From contig NEEC01000177.1 in the NCBI GenBank assembly GCA_002189035.1, positions 1-43,499 on the forward strand: 43,499 nt of DNA, written 5' to 3'. A model generated the notes under the pieces. The model did no database searches and had not been told where the DNA came from. It saw only the letters and a program-made list of their open reading frames with translations. The stretch comes from Utricularia gibba (Eukaryota > Plantae > Magnoliophyta). A program made the position numbers and the translations under genes. This document shows, piece by piece, positions 26,301-36,200 of this stretch. Numbering within the stretch: position 1 is the stretch's first letter; each line of letters opens with the position of its first letter.

Positions 26301-29300
26301 GTTGGGTTAGGGCCGAAAGTTAGTTGTAGCCTGGCAACTAAAGCGATGCACTTATTAACGTTCGGTTTTCAGGGGCTTCCTACAAGGTTTTTCAAGGAAC
26401 AACTTCTCGTTTTGTGTCGGCCACTCTCACTGGGCACTTGGTCCGGCGCTGCGTTCGGTCCGGCTCATGAGCCCAACCGGTGCGAGTCGACGAAAATAAT
26501 GATGCATTTGTTTAAAGTAAGATGTCACGTGCACCCCACATGATTTTTTCAACAACTTACTTTATACTTGAGGAGGCGGTCTTGGGGGCACCTAGAACGG
26601 GACAAAGGTCAGGTTGGGTTAGGGCCGAAAGTTAGTTGTAGCCTGGCAACTAAAGCGATGCACTTATTAACGTTCGGTTTTCAGGGGCTTCCTACAAGGT
26701 TTTTCAAGGAACAACTTCTCGTTTTGTGTCGGCCACTCTCACTGGGCACTTGGTCCGGCGCTGCGTTCGGTCCGGCTCATGAGCCCAACCGGTGCGAGTC
26801 GACGAAAATAATGATGCATTTGTTTAAAGTAAGATGTCACGTGCACCCACATGATTTTTTCAACAACTTACTTTATACTTGAGGAGGCGGTCTTGGGGGG
26901 CACCTAGAACGGGACAAAGGTCAGGTTGGGTTAGGGCCGAAAGTTAGTTGTAGCCTGGCAACTAAAGCGATGCACTTATTAACGTTCGGTTTTCAGGGGC
27001 TTCCTACAAGGTTTTTCAAGGAACAACTTCTCGTTTTGTGTCGGCCACTCTCACTGGGCACTTGGTCCGGCGCTGCGTTCGGTCCGGCTCATGAGCCAAC
27101 CGGGTGCGAGTCGACGAAAATAATGATGCATTTGTTTAAAGTAAGATGTCACGTGCACCCACATGATTTTTTCAACAACTTACTTTATACTTGAGGAGGC
27201 GGTCTTGGGGGGCACCTAGAACGGGACAAAGGTCAGGTTGGGTTAGGGCCGAAAGTTAGTTGTAGCCTGGCAACTAAAGCGATGCACTTATTAACGTTCG
27301 GTTTTCAGGGGCTTCCTACAAGGTTTTTCAAGGAACAACTTCTCGTTTTGTGTCGGCCACTCTCACTGGGCACTTGGTCCGGCGCTGCGTTCGGTCCGGC
27401 TCATGAGCCCAACCGGGTGCGAGTCGACGAAAATAATGATGCATTTGTTTAAAGTAAGATGTCACGTGCACCCCACATGATTTTTTCAACAACTTACTTT
27501 ATACTTGAGGAGGCGGTCTTGGGGGCACCTAGAACGGGACAAAGGTCAGGTTGGGTTAGGGCCGAAAGTTAGTTGTAGCCTGGCAACTAAAGCGATGCAC
27601 TTATTAACGTTCGGTTTTCAGGGGCTTCCTACAAGGTTTTTCAAGGAACAACTTCTCGTTTTGTGTCGGCCACTCTCACTGGGCACTTGGTCCGGCGCTG
27701 CGTTCGGTCCGGCTCATGAGCCCAACCGGGTGCGAGTCGACGAAAATAATGATGCATTTGTTTAAAGTAAGATGTCACGTGCACCCCACATGATTTTTTC
27801 AACAACTTACTTTATACTTGAGGAGGCGGTCTTGGGGGGCACCTAGAACGGGACAAAGGTCAGGTTGGGTTAGGGCCGAAAGTTAGTTGTAGCCTGGCAA
27901 CTAAAGCGATGCACTTATTAACGTTCGGTTTTCAGGGGCTTCCTACAAGGTTTTTCAAGGAACAACTTCTCGTTTTGTGTCGGCCACTCTCACTGGGCAC
28001 TTGGTCCGGCGCTGCGTTCGGTCCGGCTCATGAGCCCAACCGGGTGCGAGTCGACGAAAATAATGATGCATTTGTTTAAAGTAAGATGTCACGTGCACCC
28101 CACATGATTTTTTCAACAACTTACTTTATACTTGAGGAGGCGGTCTTGGGGGGCACCTAGAAGGGACAAAGGTCAGGTTGGGTTAGGGCCGAAAGTTAGT
28201 TGTAGCCTGGCAACTAAAGCGATGCACTTATTAACGTTCGGTTTTCAGGGGCTTCCTACAAGGTTTTTCAAGGAACAACTTCTCGTTTTGTGTCGGCCAC
28301 TCTCACTGGGCACTTGGTCCGGCGCTGCGTTCGGTCCGGCTCATGAGCCCAACCGGGTGCGAGTCGACGAAAATAATGATGCATTTGTTTAAAGTAAGAT
28401 GTCACGTGCACCCCACATTTTTTTCAACAACTTACTTTATACTTGAGGAGGCGGTCTTGGGGGGCACCTAGAACGGGACAAAGGTCAGGTTGGGTTAGGG
28501 CCGAAAGTTAGTTGTAGCCTGGCAACTAAAGCGATGCACTTATTAACGTTCGGTTTTCAGGGGCTTCCTACAAGGTTTTTCAAGGAACAACTTCTCGTTT
28601 TGTGTCGGCCACTCTCACTGGGCACTTGGTCGGCGCTGCGTTCGGTCCGGCTCATGAGCCCAACCGGGTGCGAGTCGACGAAAATAATGATGCATTTGTT
28701 TAAAGTAAGATGTCACGTGCACCCCACATGATTTTTTCAACAACTTACTTTATACTTGAGGAGGCGGTCTTGGGGGGCACCTAGAACGGGACAAAGGTCA
28801 GGTTGGGTTAGGGCCGAAAGTTAGTTGTAGCCTGGCAACTAAAGCGATGCACTTATTAACGTTCGGTTTTCAGGGGCTTCCTACAAGGTTTTTCAAGGAA
28901 CAACTTCTCGTTTTGTGTCGGCCACTCTCACTGGGCACTTGGTCCGGCGCTGCGTTCGGTCCGGCTCATGAGCCCAACCGGGTGCGAGTCGACGAAAATA
29001 ATGATGCATTTGTTTAAAGTAAGATGTCACGTGCACCCACATGATTTTTTCAACAACTTACTTTATACTTGAGGAGGCGGTCTTGGGGGGCACCTAGAAC
29101 GGGACAAAGGTCAGGTTGGGTTAGGGCCGAAAGTTAGTTGTAGCCTGGCAACTAAAGCGATGCACTTATTAACGTTCGGTTTTCAGGGGCTTCCTACAAG
29201 GTTTTTCAAGGAACAACTTCTCGTTTTGTGTCGGCCACTCTCACTGGGCACTTGGTCCGGCGCTGCGTTCGGTCCGGCTCATGAGCCCAACCGGGTGCGA

Positions 29301-32300
29301 GTCGACGAAAATAATGATGCATTTGTTTAAAGTAAGATGTCACGTGCACCCCACATGATTTTTCAACAACTTACTTTATACTTGAGGAGGCGGTCTTGGG
29401 GGGCACCTAGAACGGGACAAAGGTCAGGTTGGGTTAGGGCCGAAAGTTAGTTGTAGCCTGGCAACTAAAGCGATGCACTTATTAACGTTCGGTTTTCAGG
29501 GGCTTCCTACAAGGTTTTTCAAGGAACAACTTCTCGTTTTGTGTCGGCCACTCTCACTGGGCACTTGGTCCGGCGCTGCGTTCGGTCCGGCTCATGAGCC
29601 CAACCGGGTGCGAGTCGACGAAAATAATGATGCATTTGTTTAAAGTAAGATGTCACGTGCACCCCACATGATTTTTTCAACAACTTACTTTATACTTGAG
29701 GAGGCGGTCTTGGGGGGCACCTAGAACGGGACAAAGGTCAGGTTGGGTTAGGGCCGAAAGTTAGTTGTAGCCTGGCAACTAAAGCGATGCACTTATTAAC
29801 GTTCGGTTTTCAGGGGCTTCCTACAAGGTTTTTCAAGGAACAACTTCTCGTTTTGTGTCGGCCACTCTCACTGGGCACTTGGTCCGGCGCTGCGTTCGGT
29901 CCGGCTCATGAGCCCAACCGGGTGCGAGTCGACGAAAATAATGATGCATTTGTTTAAAGTAAGATGTCACGTGCACCCCACATGATTTTTTCAACAACTT
30001 ACTTTATACTTGAGGAGGCGGTCTTGGGGGCACCTAGAACGGGACAAAGGTCAGGTTGGGTTAGGGCCGAAAGTTAGTTGTAGCCTGGCAACTAAAGCGA
30101 TGCACTTATTAACGTTCGGTTTTCAGGGGCTTCCTACAAGGTTTTTCAAGGAACAACTTCTCGTTTTGTGTCGGCCACTCTCACTGGGCACTTGGTCCGG
30201 CGCTGCGTTCGGTCCGGCTCATGAGCCCAACCGGGTGCGAGTCGACGAAAATAATGATGCATTTGTTTAAAGTAAGATGTCACGTGCACCCATGATTTTT
30301 TCAACAACTTACTTTATACTTGAGGAGGCGGTCTTGGGGGCACCTAGAACGGGACAAAGGTCAGGTTGGGTTAGGGCCGAAAGTTAGTTGTAGCCTGGCA
30401 ACTAAAGCGATGCACTTATTAACGTTCGGTTTTCAGGGGCTTCCTACAAGGTTTTTCAAGGAACAACTTCTCGTTTTGTGTCGGCCACTCTCACTGGGCA
30501 CTTGGTCCGGCGCTGCGTTCGGTCCGGCTCATGAGCCCAACCGGGTGCGAGTCGACGAAAATAATGATGCATTTGTTTAAAGTAAGATGTCACGTGCACC
30601 CCACATGATTTTTTCAACAACTTACTTTATACTTGAGGAGGCGGTCTTGGGGGCACCTAGAACGGGACAAAGGTCAGGTTGGGTTAGGGCCGAAAGTTAG
30701 TTGTAGCCTGGCAACTAAAGCGATGCACTTATTAACGTTCGGTTTTCAGGGGCTTCCTACAAGGTTTTTCAAGGAACAACTTCTCGTTTTGTGTCGGCCA
30801 CTCTCACTGGGCACTTGGTCCGGCGCTGCGTTCGGTCCGGCTCATGAGCCCAACCGGGTGCGAGTCGACGAAAATAATGATGCATTTGTTTAAAGTAAGA
30901 TGTCACGTGCACCCCACATGATTTTTTCAACAACTTACTTTATACTTGAGGAGGCGGTCTTGGGGGCACCTAGAACGGGACAAAGGTCAGGTTGGGTTAG
31001 GGCCGAAAGTTAGTTGTAGCCTGGCAACTAAAGCGATGCACTTATTAACGTTCGGTTTTCAGGGGCTTCCTACAAGGTTTTTCAAGGAACAACTTCTCGT
31101 TTTGTGTCGGCCACTCTCACTGGGCACTTGGTCCGGCGCTGCGTTCGGTCCGGCTCATGAGCCCAACCGGGTGCGAGTCGACGAAAATAATGATGCATTT
31201 GTTTAAAGTAAGATGTCACGTGCACCCCACATGATTTTTTCAACAACTTACTTTATACTTGAGGAGGCGGTCTTGGGGGGCACCTAGAACGGGACAAAGG
31301 TCAGGTTGGGTTAGGGCCGAAAGTTAGTTGTAGCCTGGCAACTAAAGCGATGCACTTATTAACGTTCGGTTTTCAGGGGCTTCCTACAAGGTTTTTCAAG
31401 GAACAACTTCTCGTTTTGTGTCGGCCACTCTCACTGGGCACTTGGTCCGGCGCTGCGTTCGGTCCGGCTCATGAGCCCAACCGGGTGCGAGTCGACGAAA
31501 ATAATGATGCATTTGTTTAAAGTAAGATGTCACGTGCACCCCACATGATTTTTTCAACAACTTACTTTATACTTGAGGAGGCGGTCTTGGGGGGCACCTA
31601 GAACGGGACAAAGGTCAGGTTGGGTTAGGGCCGAAAGTTAGTTGTAGCCTGGCAACTAAAGCGATGCACTTATTAACGTTCGGTTTTCAGGGGCTTCCTA
31701 CAAGGTTTTTCAAGGAACAACTTCTCGTTTTGTGTCGGCCACTCTCACTGGGCACTTGGTCCGGCGCTGCGTTCGGTCCGGCTCATGAGCCCAACCGGGT
31801 GCGAGTCGACGAAAATAATGATGCATTTGTTTAAAGTAAGATGTCACGTGCACCCCACATGATTTTTTCAACAACTTACTTTATACTTGAGGAGGCGGTC
31901 TTGGGGGCACCTAGAAGGGACAAAGGTCAGGTTGGGTTAGGGCCGAAAGTTAGTTGTAGCCTGGCAACTAAAGCGATGCACTTATTAACGTTCGGTTTTC
32001 AGGGGCTTCCTACAAGGTTTTTCAAGGAACAACTTCTCGTTTTGTGTCGGCCACTCTCACTGGGCACTTGGTCCGGCGCTGCGTTCGGTCCGGCTCATGA
32101 GCCCAACCGGGTGCGAGTCGACGAAAATAATGATGCATTTGTTTAAAGTAAGATGTCACGTGCACCCCACATGATTTTTTCAACAACTTACTTTATACTT
32201 GAGGAGGCGGTCTTGGGGGGCACCTAGAACGGGACAAAGGTCAGGTTGGGTTAGGGCCGAAAGTTAGTTGTAGCCTGGCAACTAAAGCGATGCACTTATT

Positions 32301-32930
32301 AACGTTCGGTTTTCAGGGGCTTCCTACAAGGTTTTTCAAGGAACAACTTCTCGTTTTGTGTCGGCCACTCTCACTGGGCACTTGGTCCGGCGCTGCGTTC
32401 GGTCCGGCTCATGAGCCCAACCGGGTGCGAGTCGACGAAAATAATGATGCATTTGTTTAAAGTAAGATGTCACGTGCACCCCACATGATTTTTTCAACAA
32501 CTTACTTTATACTTGAGGAGGCGGTCTTGGGGGGCACCTAGAACGGGACAAAGGTCAGGTTGGGTTAGGGCCGAAAGTTAGTTGTAGCCTGGCAACTAAA
32601 GCGATGCACTTATTAACGTTCGGTTTTCAGGGGCTTCCTACAAGGTTTTTCAAGGAACAACTTCTCGTTTTGTGTCGGCCACTCTCACTGGGCACTTGGT
32701 CCGGCGCTGCGTTCGGTCCGGCTCATGAGCCCAACCGGGTGCGAGTCGACGAAAATAATGATGCATTTGTTTAAAGTAAGATGTCACGTGCACCCCACAT
32801 GATTTTTTCAACAACTTACTTTATACTTGAGGAGGCGGTCTTGGGGGGCACCTAGAACGGGACAAAGGTCAGGTTGGGTTAGGGCCGAAAGTTAGTTGTA
32901 GCCTGGCAACTAAAGCGATGCACTTATTAA

Positions 32931-33087
32931 CGTTCGGTTTTCAGGGGCTTCCTACAAGGTTTTTCAAGGAACAACTTCTCGTTTTGTGTCGGCCACTCTC
33001 ACTGGGCACTTGGTCCGGCGCTGCGTTCGGTCCGGCTCATGAGCCCAACCGGGTGCGAGTCGACGAAAATAATGATGCATTTGTTTA
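32931..33087 (+). repeat. Subunit A (~157 bp) of the dimeric monomer
   Basis: It aligns to subunit B along a diagonal offset of 155-158 bp. Anchors are TCAGGGGCTTCCTACAAGGTTTTT-CAA vs TCACGTGCACCCCACATGATTTTTTCAA (20/28), GGGCAC vs GGGCAC (offset 156), and GATGCATTTGTTTAAAGT vs GATGCACTTATT-AACGT (14/18, offset 157). The phase of the A/B boundary is arbitrary. Confidence 0.85.
33034..33045. other. 12-bp perfect palindrome GGCTCATGAGCC (one per unit)
   Basis: The sequence equals its own reverse complement and contains a BspHI site (TCATGA). Confidence 0.95.
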
Positions 33088-33137
33088 AAGTAAGATGTCA
33101 CGTGCACCCCACATGATTTTTTCAACAACTTACTTTA
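33086..33137. other. 9-bp inverted repeat TAAAGTAAG ... CTTACTTTA with a 34-bp spacer (one per unit)
   Basis: The arms at 33086-33094 and 33129-33137 are perfect reverse complements. They flank the GTCACGTGCAC box and the T6 tract. Confidence 0.8.
33097..33104. promoter_or_regulatory. GTCACGTG G-box/E-box-type motif (candidate bHLH/bZIP binding site), one per 314-bp unit
   Basis: It is an exact match to the CACGTG core and to the RTCACRTG consensus. There is no functional evidence, and one such match in 314 bp could be chance. Confidence 0.25.
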
Positions 33138-33142
33138 TACTT

Positions 33143-33198
33143 GAGGAGGCGGTCTTGGGGGGCACCTAGAACGGGACAAAGGTCAGGTTGGGTTAGGG
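33143..33198 (+). other. G-rich tract with four G-runs of 3 or more and one TTAGGG; possible long-loop G-quadruplex
   Basis: The pattern is GGGGGG-(10 nt)-GGG-(14 nt)-GGG-TTA-GGG, with extra GG runs (GAGGAGGCGG, GGTCAGG). The sequence is read directly, but folding is only an inference. Confidence 0.45.
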
Positions 33199-33205
33199 CC
33201 GAAAG

Positions 33206-33227
33206 TTAGTTGTAGCCTGGCAACTAA
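33206..33227. other. Inverted repeat TTAGTTG-(8 nt)-CAACTAA, potential hairpin (one per unit)
   Basis: The 7-bp arms are perfectly complementary around the loop TAGCCTGG. Confidence 0.85.
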
Positions 33228-36200
33228 AGCGATGCACTTATTAACGTTCGGTTTTCAGGGGCTTCCTACAAGGTTTTTCAAGGAACAACTTCTCGTTTTG
33301 TGTCGGCCACTCTCACTGGGCACTTGGTCCGGCGCTGCGTTCGGTCCGGCTCATGAGCCCAACCGGGTGCGAGTCGACGAAAATAATGATGCATTTGTTT
33401 AAAGTAAGATGTCACGTGCACCCCACATGATTTTTTCAACAACTTACTTTATACTTGAGGAGGCGGTCTTGGGGGCACCTAGAACGGGACAAAGGTCAGG
33501 TTGGGTTAGGGCCGAAAGTTAGTTGTAGCCTGGCAACTAAAGCGATGCACTTATTAACGTTCGGTTTTCAGGGGCTTCCTACAAGGTTTTTCAAGGAACA
33601 ACTTCTCGTTTTGTGTCGGCCACTCTCACTGGGCACTTGGTCCGGCGCTGCGTTCGGTCCGGCTCATGAGCCCAACCGGGTGCGAGTCGACGAAAATAAT
33701 GATGCATTTGTTTAAAGTAAGATGTCACGTGCACCCCACATGATTTTTTCAACAACTTACTTTATACTTGAGGAGGCGGTCTTGGGGGCACCTAGAACGG
33801 GACAAAGGTCAGGTTGGGTTAGGGCCGAAAGTTAGTTGTAGCCTGGCAACTAAAGCGATGCACTTATTAACGTTCGGTTTTCAGGGGCTTCCTACAAGGT
33901 TTTTCAAGGAACAACTTCTCGTTTTGTGTCGGCCACTCTCACTGGGCACTTGGTCCGGCGCTGCGTTCGGTCCGGCTCATGAGCCCAACCGGGTGCGAGT
34001 CGACGAAAATAATGATGCATTTGTTTAAAGTAAGATGTCACGTGCACCCACATGATTTTTTCAACAACTTACTTTATACTTGAGGAGGCGGTCTTGGGGG
34101 CACCTAGAACGGGACAAAGGTCAGGTTGGGTTAGGGCCGAAAGTTAGTTGTAGCCTGGCAACTAAAGCGATGCACTTATTAACGTTCGGTTTTCAGGGGC
34201 TTCCTACAAGGTTTTTCAAGGAACAACTTCTCGTTTTGTGTCGGCCACTCTCACTGGGCACTTGGTCCGGCGCTGCGTTCGGTCCGGCTCATGAGCCCAA
34301 CCGGGTGCGAGTCGACGAAAATAATGATGCATTTGTTTAAAGTAAGATGTCACGTGCACCCCACATGATTTTTTCAACAACTTACTTTATACTTGAGGAG
34401 GCGGTCTTGGGGGGCACCTAGAACGGGACAAAGGTCAGGTTGGGTTAGGGCCGAAAGTTAGTTGTAGCCTGGCAACTAAAGCGATGCACTTATTAACGTT
34501 CGGTTTTCAGGGGCTTCCTACAAGGTTTTTCAAGGAACAACTTCTCGTTTTGTGTCGGCCACTCTCACTGGGCACTTGGTCCGGCGCTGCGTTCGGTCCG
34601 GCTCATGAGCCCAACCGGGTGCGAGTCGACGAAAATAATGATGCATTTGTTTAAAGTAAGATGTCACGTGCACCCCACATGATTTTTTCAACAACTTACT
34701 TTATACTTGAGGAGGCGGTCTTGGGGGGCACCTAGAACGGGACAAAGGTCAGGTTGGGTTAGGGCCGAAAGTTAGTTGTAGCCTGGCAACTAAAGCGATG
34801 CACTTATTAACGTTCGGTTTTCAGGGGCTTCCTACAAGGTTTTTCAAGGAACAACTTCTCGTTTTGTGTCGGCCACTCTCACTGGGCACTTGGTCCGGCG
34901 CTGCGTTCGGTCCGGCTCATGAGCCCAACCGGGTGCGAGTCGACGAAAATAATGATGCATTTGTTTAAAGTAAGATGTCACGTGCACCCCACATGATTTT
35001 TTCAACAACTTACTTTATACTTGAGGAGGCGGTCTTGGGGGGCACCTAGAACGGGACAAAGGTCAGGTTGGGTTAGGGCCGAAAGTTAGTTGTAGCCTGG
35101 CAACTAAAGCGATGCACTTATTAACGTTCGGTTTTCAGGGGCTTCCTACAAGGTTTTTCAAGGAACAACTTCTCGTTTTGTGTCGGCCACTCTCACTGGG
35201 CACTTGGTCCGGCGCTGCGTTCGGTCCGGCTCATGAGCCCAACCGGGTGCGAGTCGACGAAAATAATGATGCATTTGTTTAAAGTAAGATGTCACGTGCA
35301 CCCCACATGATTTTTTCAACAACTTACTTTATACTTGAGGAGGCGGTCTTGGGGGGCACCTAGAACGGGACAAAGGTCAGGTTGGGTTAGGGCCGAAAGT
35401 TAGTTGTAGCCTGGCAACTAAAGCGATGCACTTATTAACGTTCGGTTTTCAGGGGCTTCCTACAAGGTTTTTCAAGGAACAACTTCTCGTTTTGTGTCGG
35501 CCACTCTCACTGGGCACTTGGTCCGGCGCTGCGTTCGGTCCGGCTCATGAGCCCAACCGGGTGCGAGTCGACGAAAATAATGATGCATTTGTTTAAAGTA
35601 AGATGTCACGTGCACCCCACATGATTTTTTCAACAACTTACTTTATACTTGAGGAGGCGGTCTTGGGGGGCACCTAGAACGGGACAAAGGTCAGGTTGGG
35701 TTAGGGCCGAAAGTTAGTTGTAGCCTGGCAACTAAAGCGATGCACTTATTAACGTTCGGTTTTCAGGGGCTTCCTACAAGGTTTTTCAAGGAACAACTTC
35801 TCGTTTTGTGTCGGCCACTCTCACTGGGCACTTGGTCCGGCGCTGCGTTCGGTCCGGCTCATGAGCCCAACCGGGTGCGAGTCGACGAAAATAATGATGC
35901 ATTTGTTTAAAGTAAGATGTCACGTGCACCCCACATGATTTTTTCAACAACTTACTTTATACTTGAGGAGGCGGTCTTGGGGGCACCTAGAACGGGACAA
36001 AGGTCAGGTTGGGTTAGGGCCGAAAGTTAGTTGTAGCCTGGCAACTAAAGCGATGCACTTATTAACGTTCGGTTTTCAGGGGCTTCCTACAAGGTTTTTC
36101 AAGGAACAACTTCTCGTTTTTGTCGGCCACTCTCACTGGGCACTTGGTCCGGCGCTGCGTTCGGTCCGGCTCATGAGCCCAACCGGGTGCGAGTCGACGA

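Larger units (their letters stand above)
32931..33244 (+). repeat. Reference full-length consensus monomer (314 bp, 156/314 G+C)
   Basis: The copy starts at CGTTCGG (32931) and the next copy starts at 33245. It matches the majority sequence of the neighbouring copies, with G6 at 33157-33162, C4 at 33107-33110 and T6 at 33117-33122. Confidence 0.95.
33088..33244 (+). repeat. Subunit B (~157 bp) of the dimeric monomer
   Basis: It is the homologous partner of subunit A, by the same anchors plus CAACTT, TTGTGTCGGC vs TTGAGGAGGC, and GGTCCGGCTCATGAGCCCAA vs GGTTGGGTT-AGGGCCGAA. It carries the G-tracts, the single TTAGGG and the GTCACGTG box. Confidence 0.85.

Noticed and set aside
32932-32948. 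CENP-B box (NTTCGNNNNANNCGGGN)
   Set aside because: GTTCGGTTTTCAGGGGC matches only 7 of the 9 essential positions, lacking the A and the C of CGGG.
33051-33122. 5S rDNA tandem unit (GGGTGCGA start-like word, GCACCCC end-like word followed by a T-run, unit of ~300 bp)
   Set aside because: The two words are only 60 nt apart rather than 120, and there are no A-box, IE and C-box elements in the correct order.
33075-33140. Spliced-leader RNA gene array (AAA/GTAAG donor-like site, T-rich Sm-like stretch)
   Set aside because: It matches no spliced-leader exon I know, the T-run (GATTTTTTC) lacks the RAU(n)GR Sm-site ending, and the donor-like word is part of an inverted repeat that could be chance.
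33134-33146. Rolling-circle nick site of the pC194/phiX174 type (TTTATACTTGAGG vs CTTG/ATA)
   Set aside because: Only CTTGA matches, and there is no Rep gene, no flanking origin hairpin and no CRESS nonanucleotide (NANTATTAC) in the unit.
32943-33192. Kinetoplast minicircle conserved blocks (AGGGGCTTCC, TCACGTGC, GGTTGGG)
   Set aside because: There is no GGGGTTGGTGTA (CSB-3), and the spacing between the look-alike words is far larger than in minicircle conserved regions.
33193-33198. Telomeric repeat tract
   Set aside because: Only a single TTAGGG occurs per unit and it is never tandem.
33036-33204. Hammerhead ribozyme / non-LTR retrozyme or viroid-like element (unit size fits; CTCATGA, GACGAAA, TTGAGGA and GGCCGAAA resemble core words)
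   Set aside because: There is no CUGAnGA on either strand, and I could not build stems I-III with an NUH cleavage triplet around the near-matches. The 157-bp dimer structure favours a DNA satellite. An Infernal search with the Rfam hammerhead, HDV, twister and hairpin models on a doubled monomer would settle it.
33097-33204. Budding-yeast point centromere (exact CDEI GTCACGTG, with CCGAAA 94 bp downstream as in CDEIII spacing)
   Set aside because: The intervening DNA is G-rich rather than >90% AT as in CDEII, the TGTTT.TG left half of CDEIII is absent, and point centromeres are not tandemly repeated.
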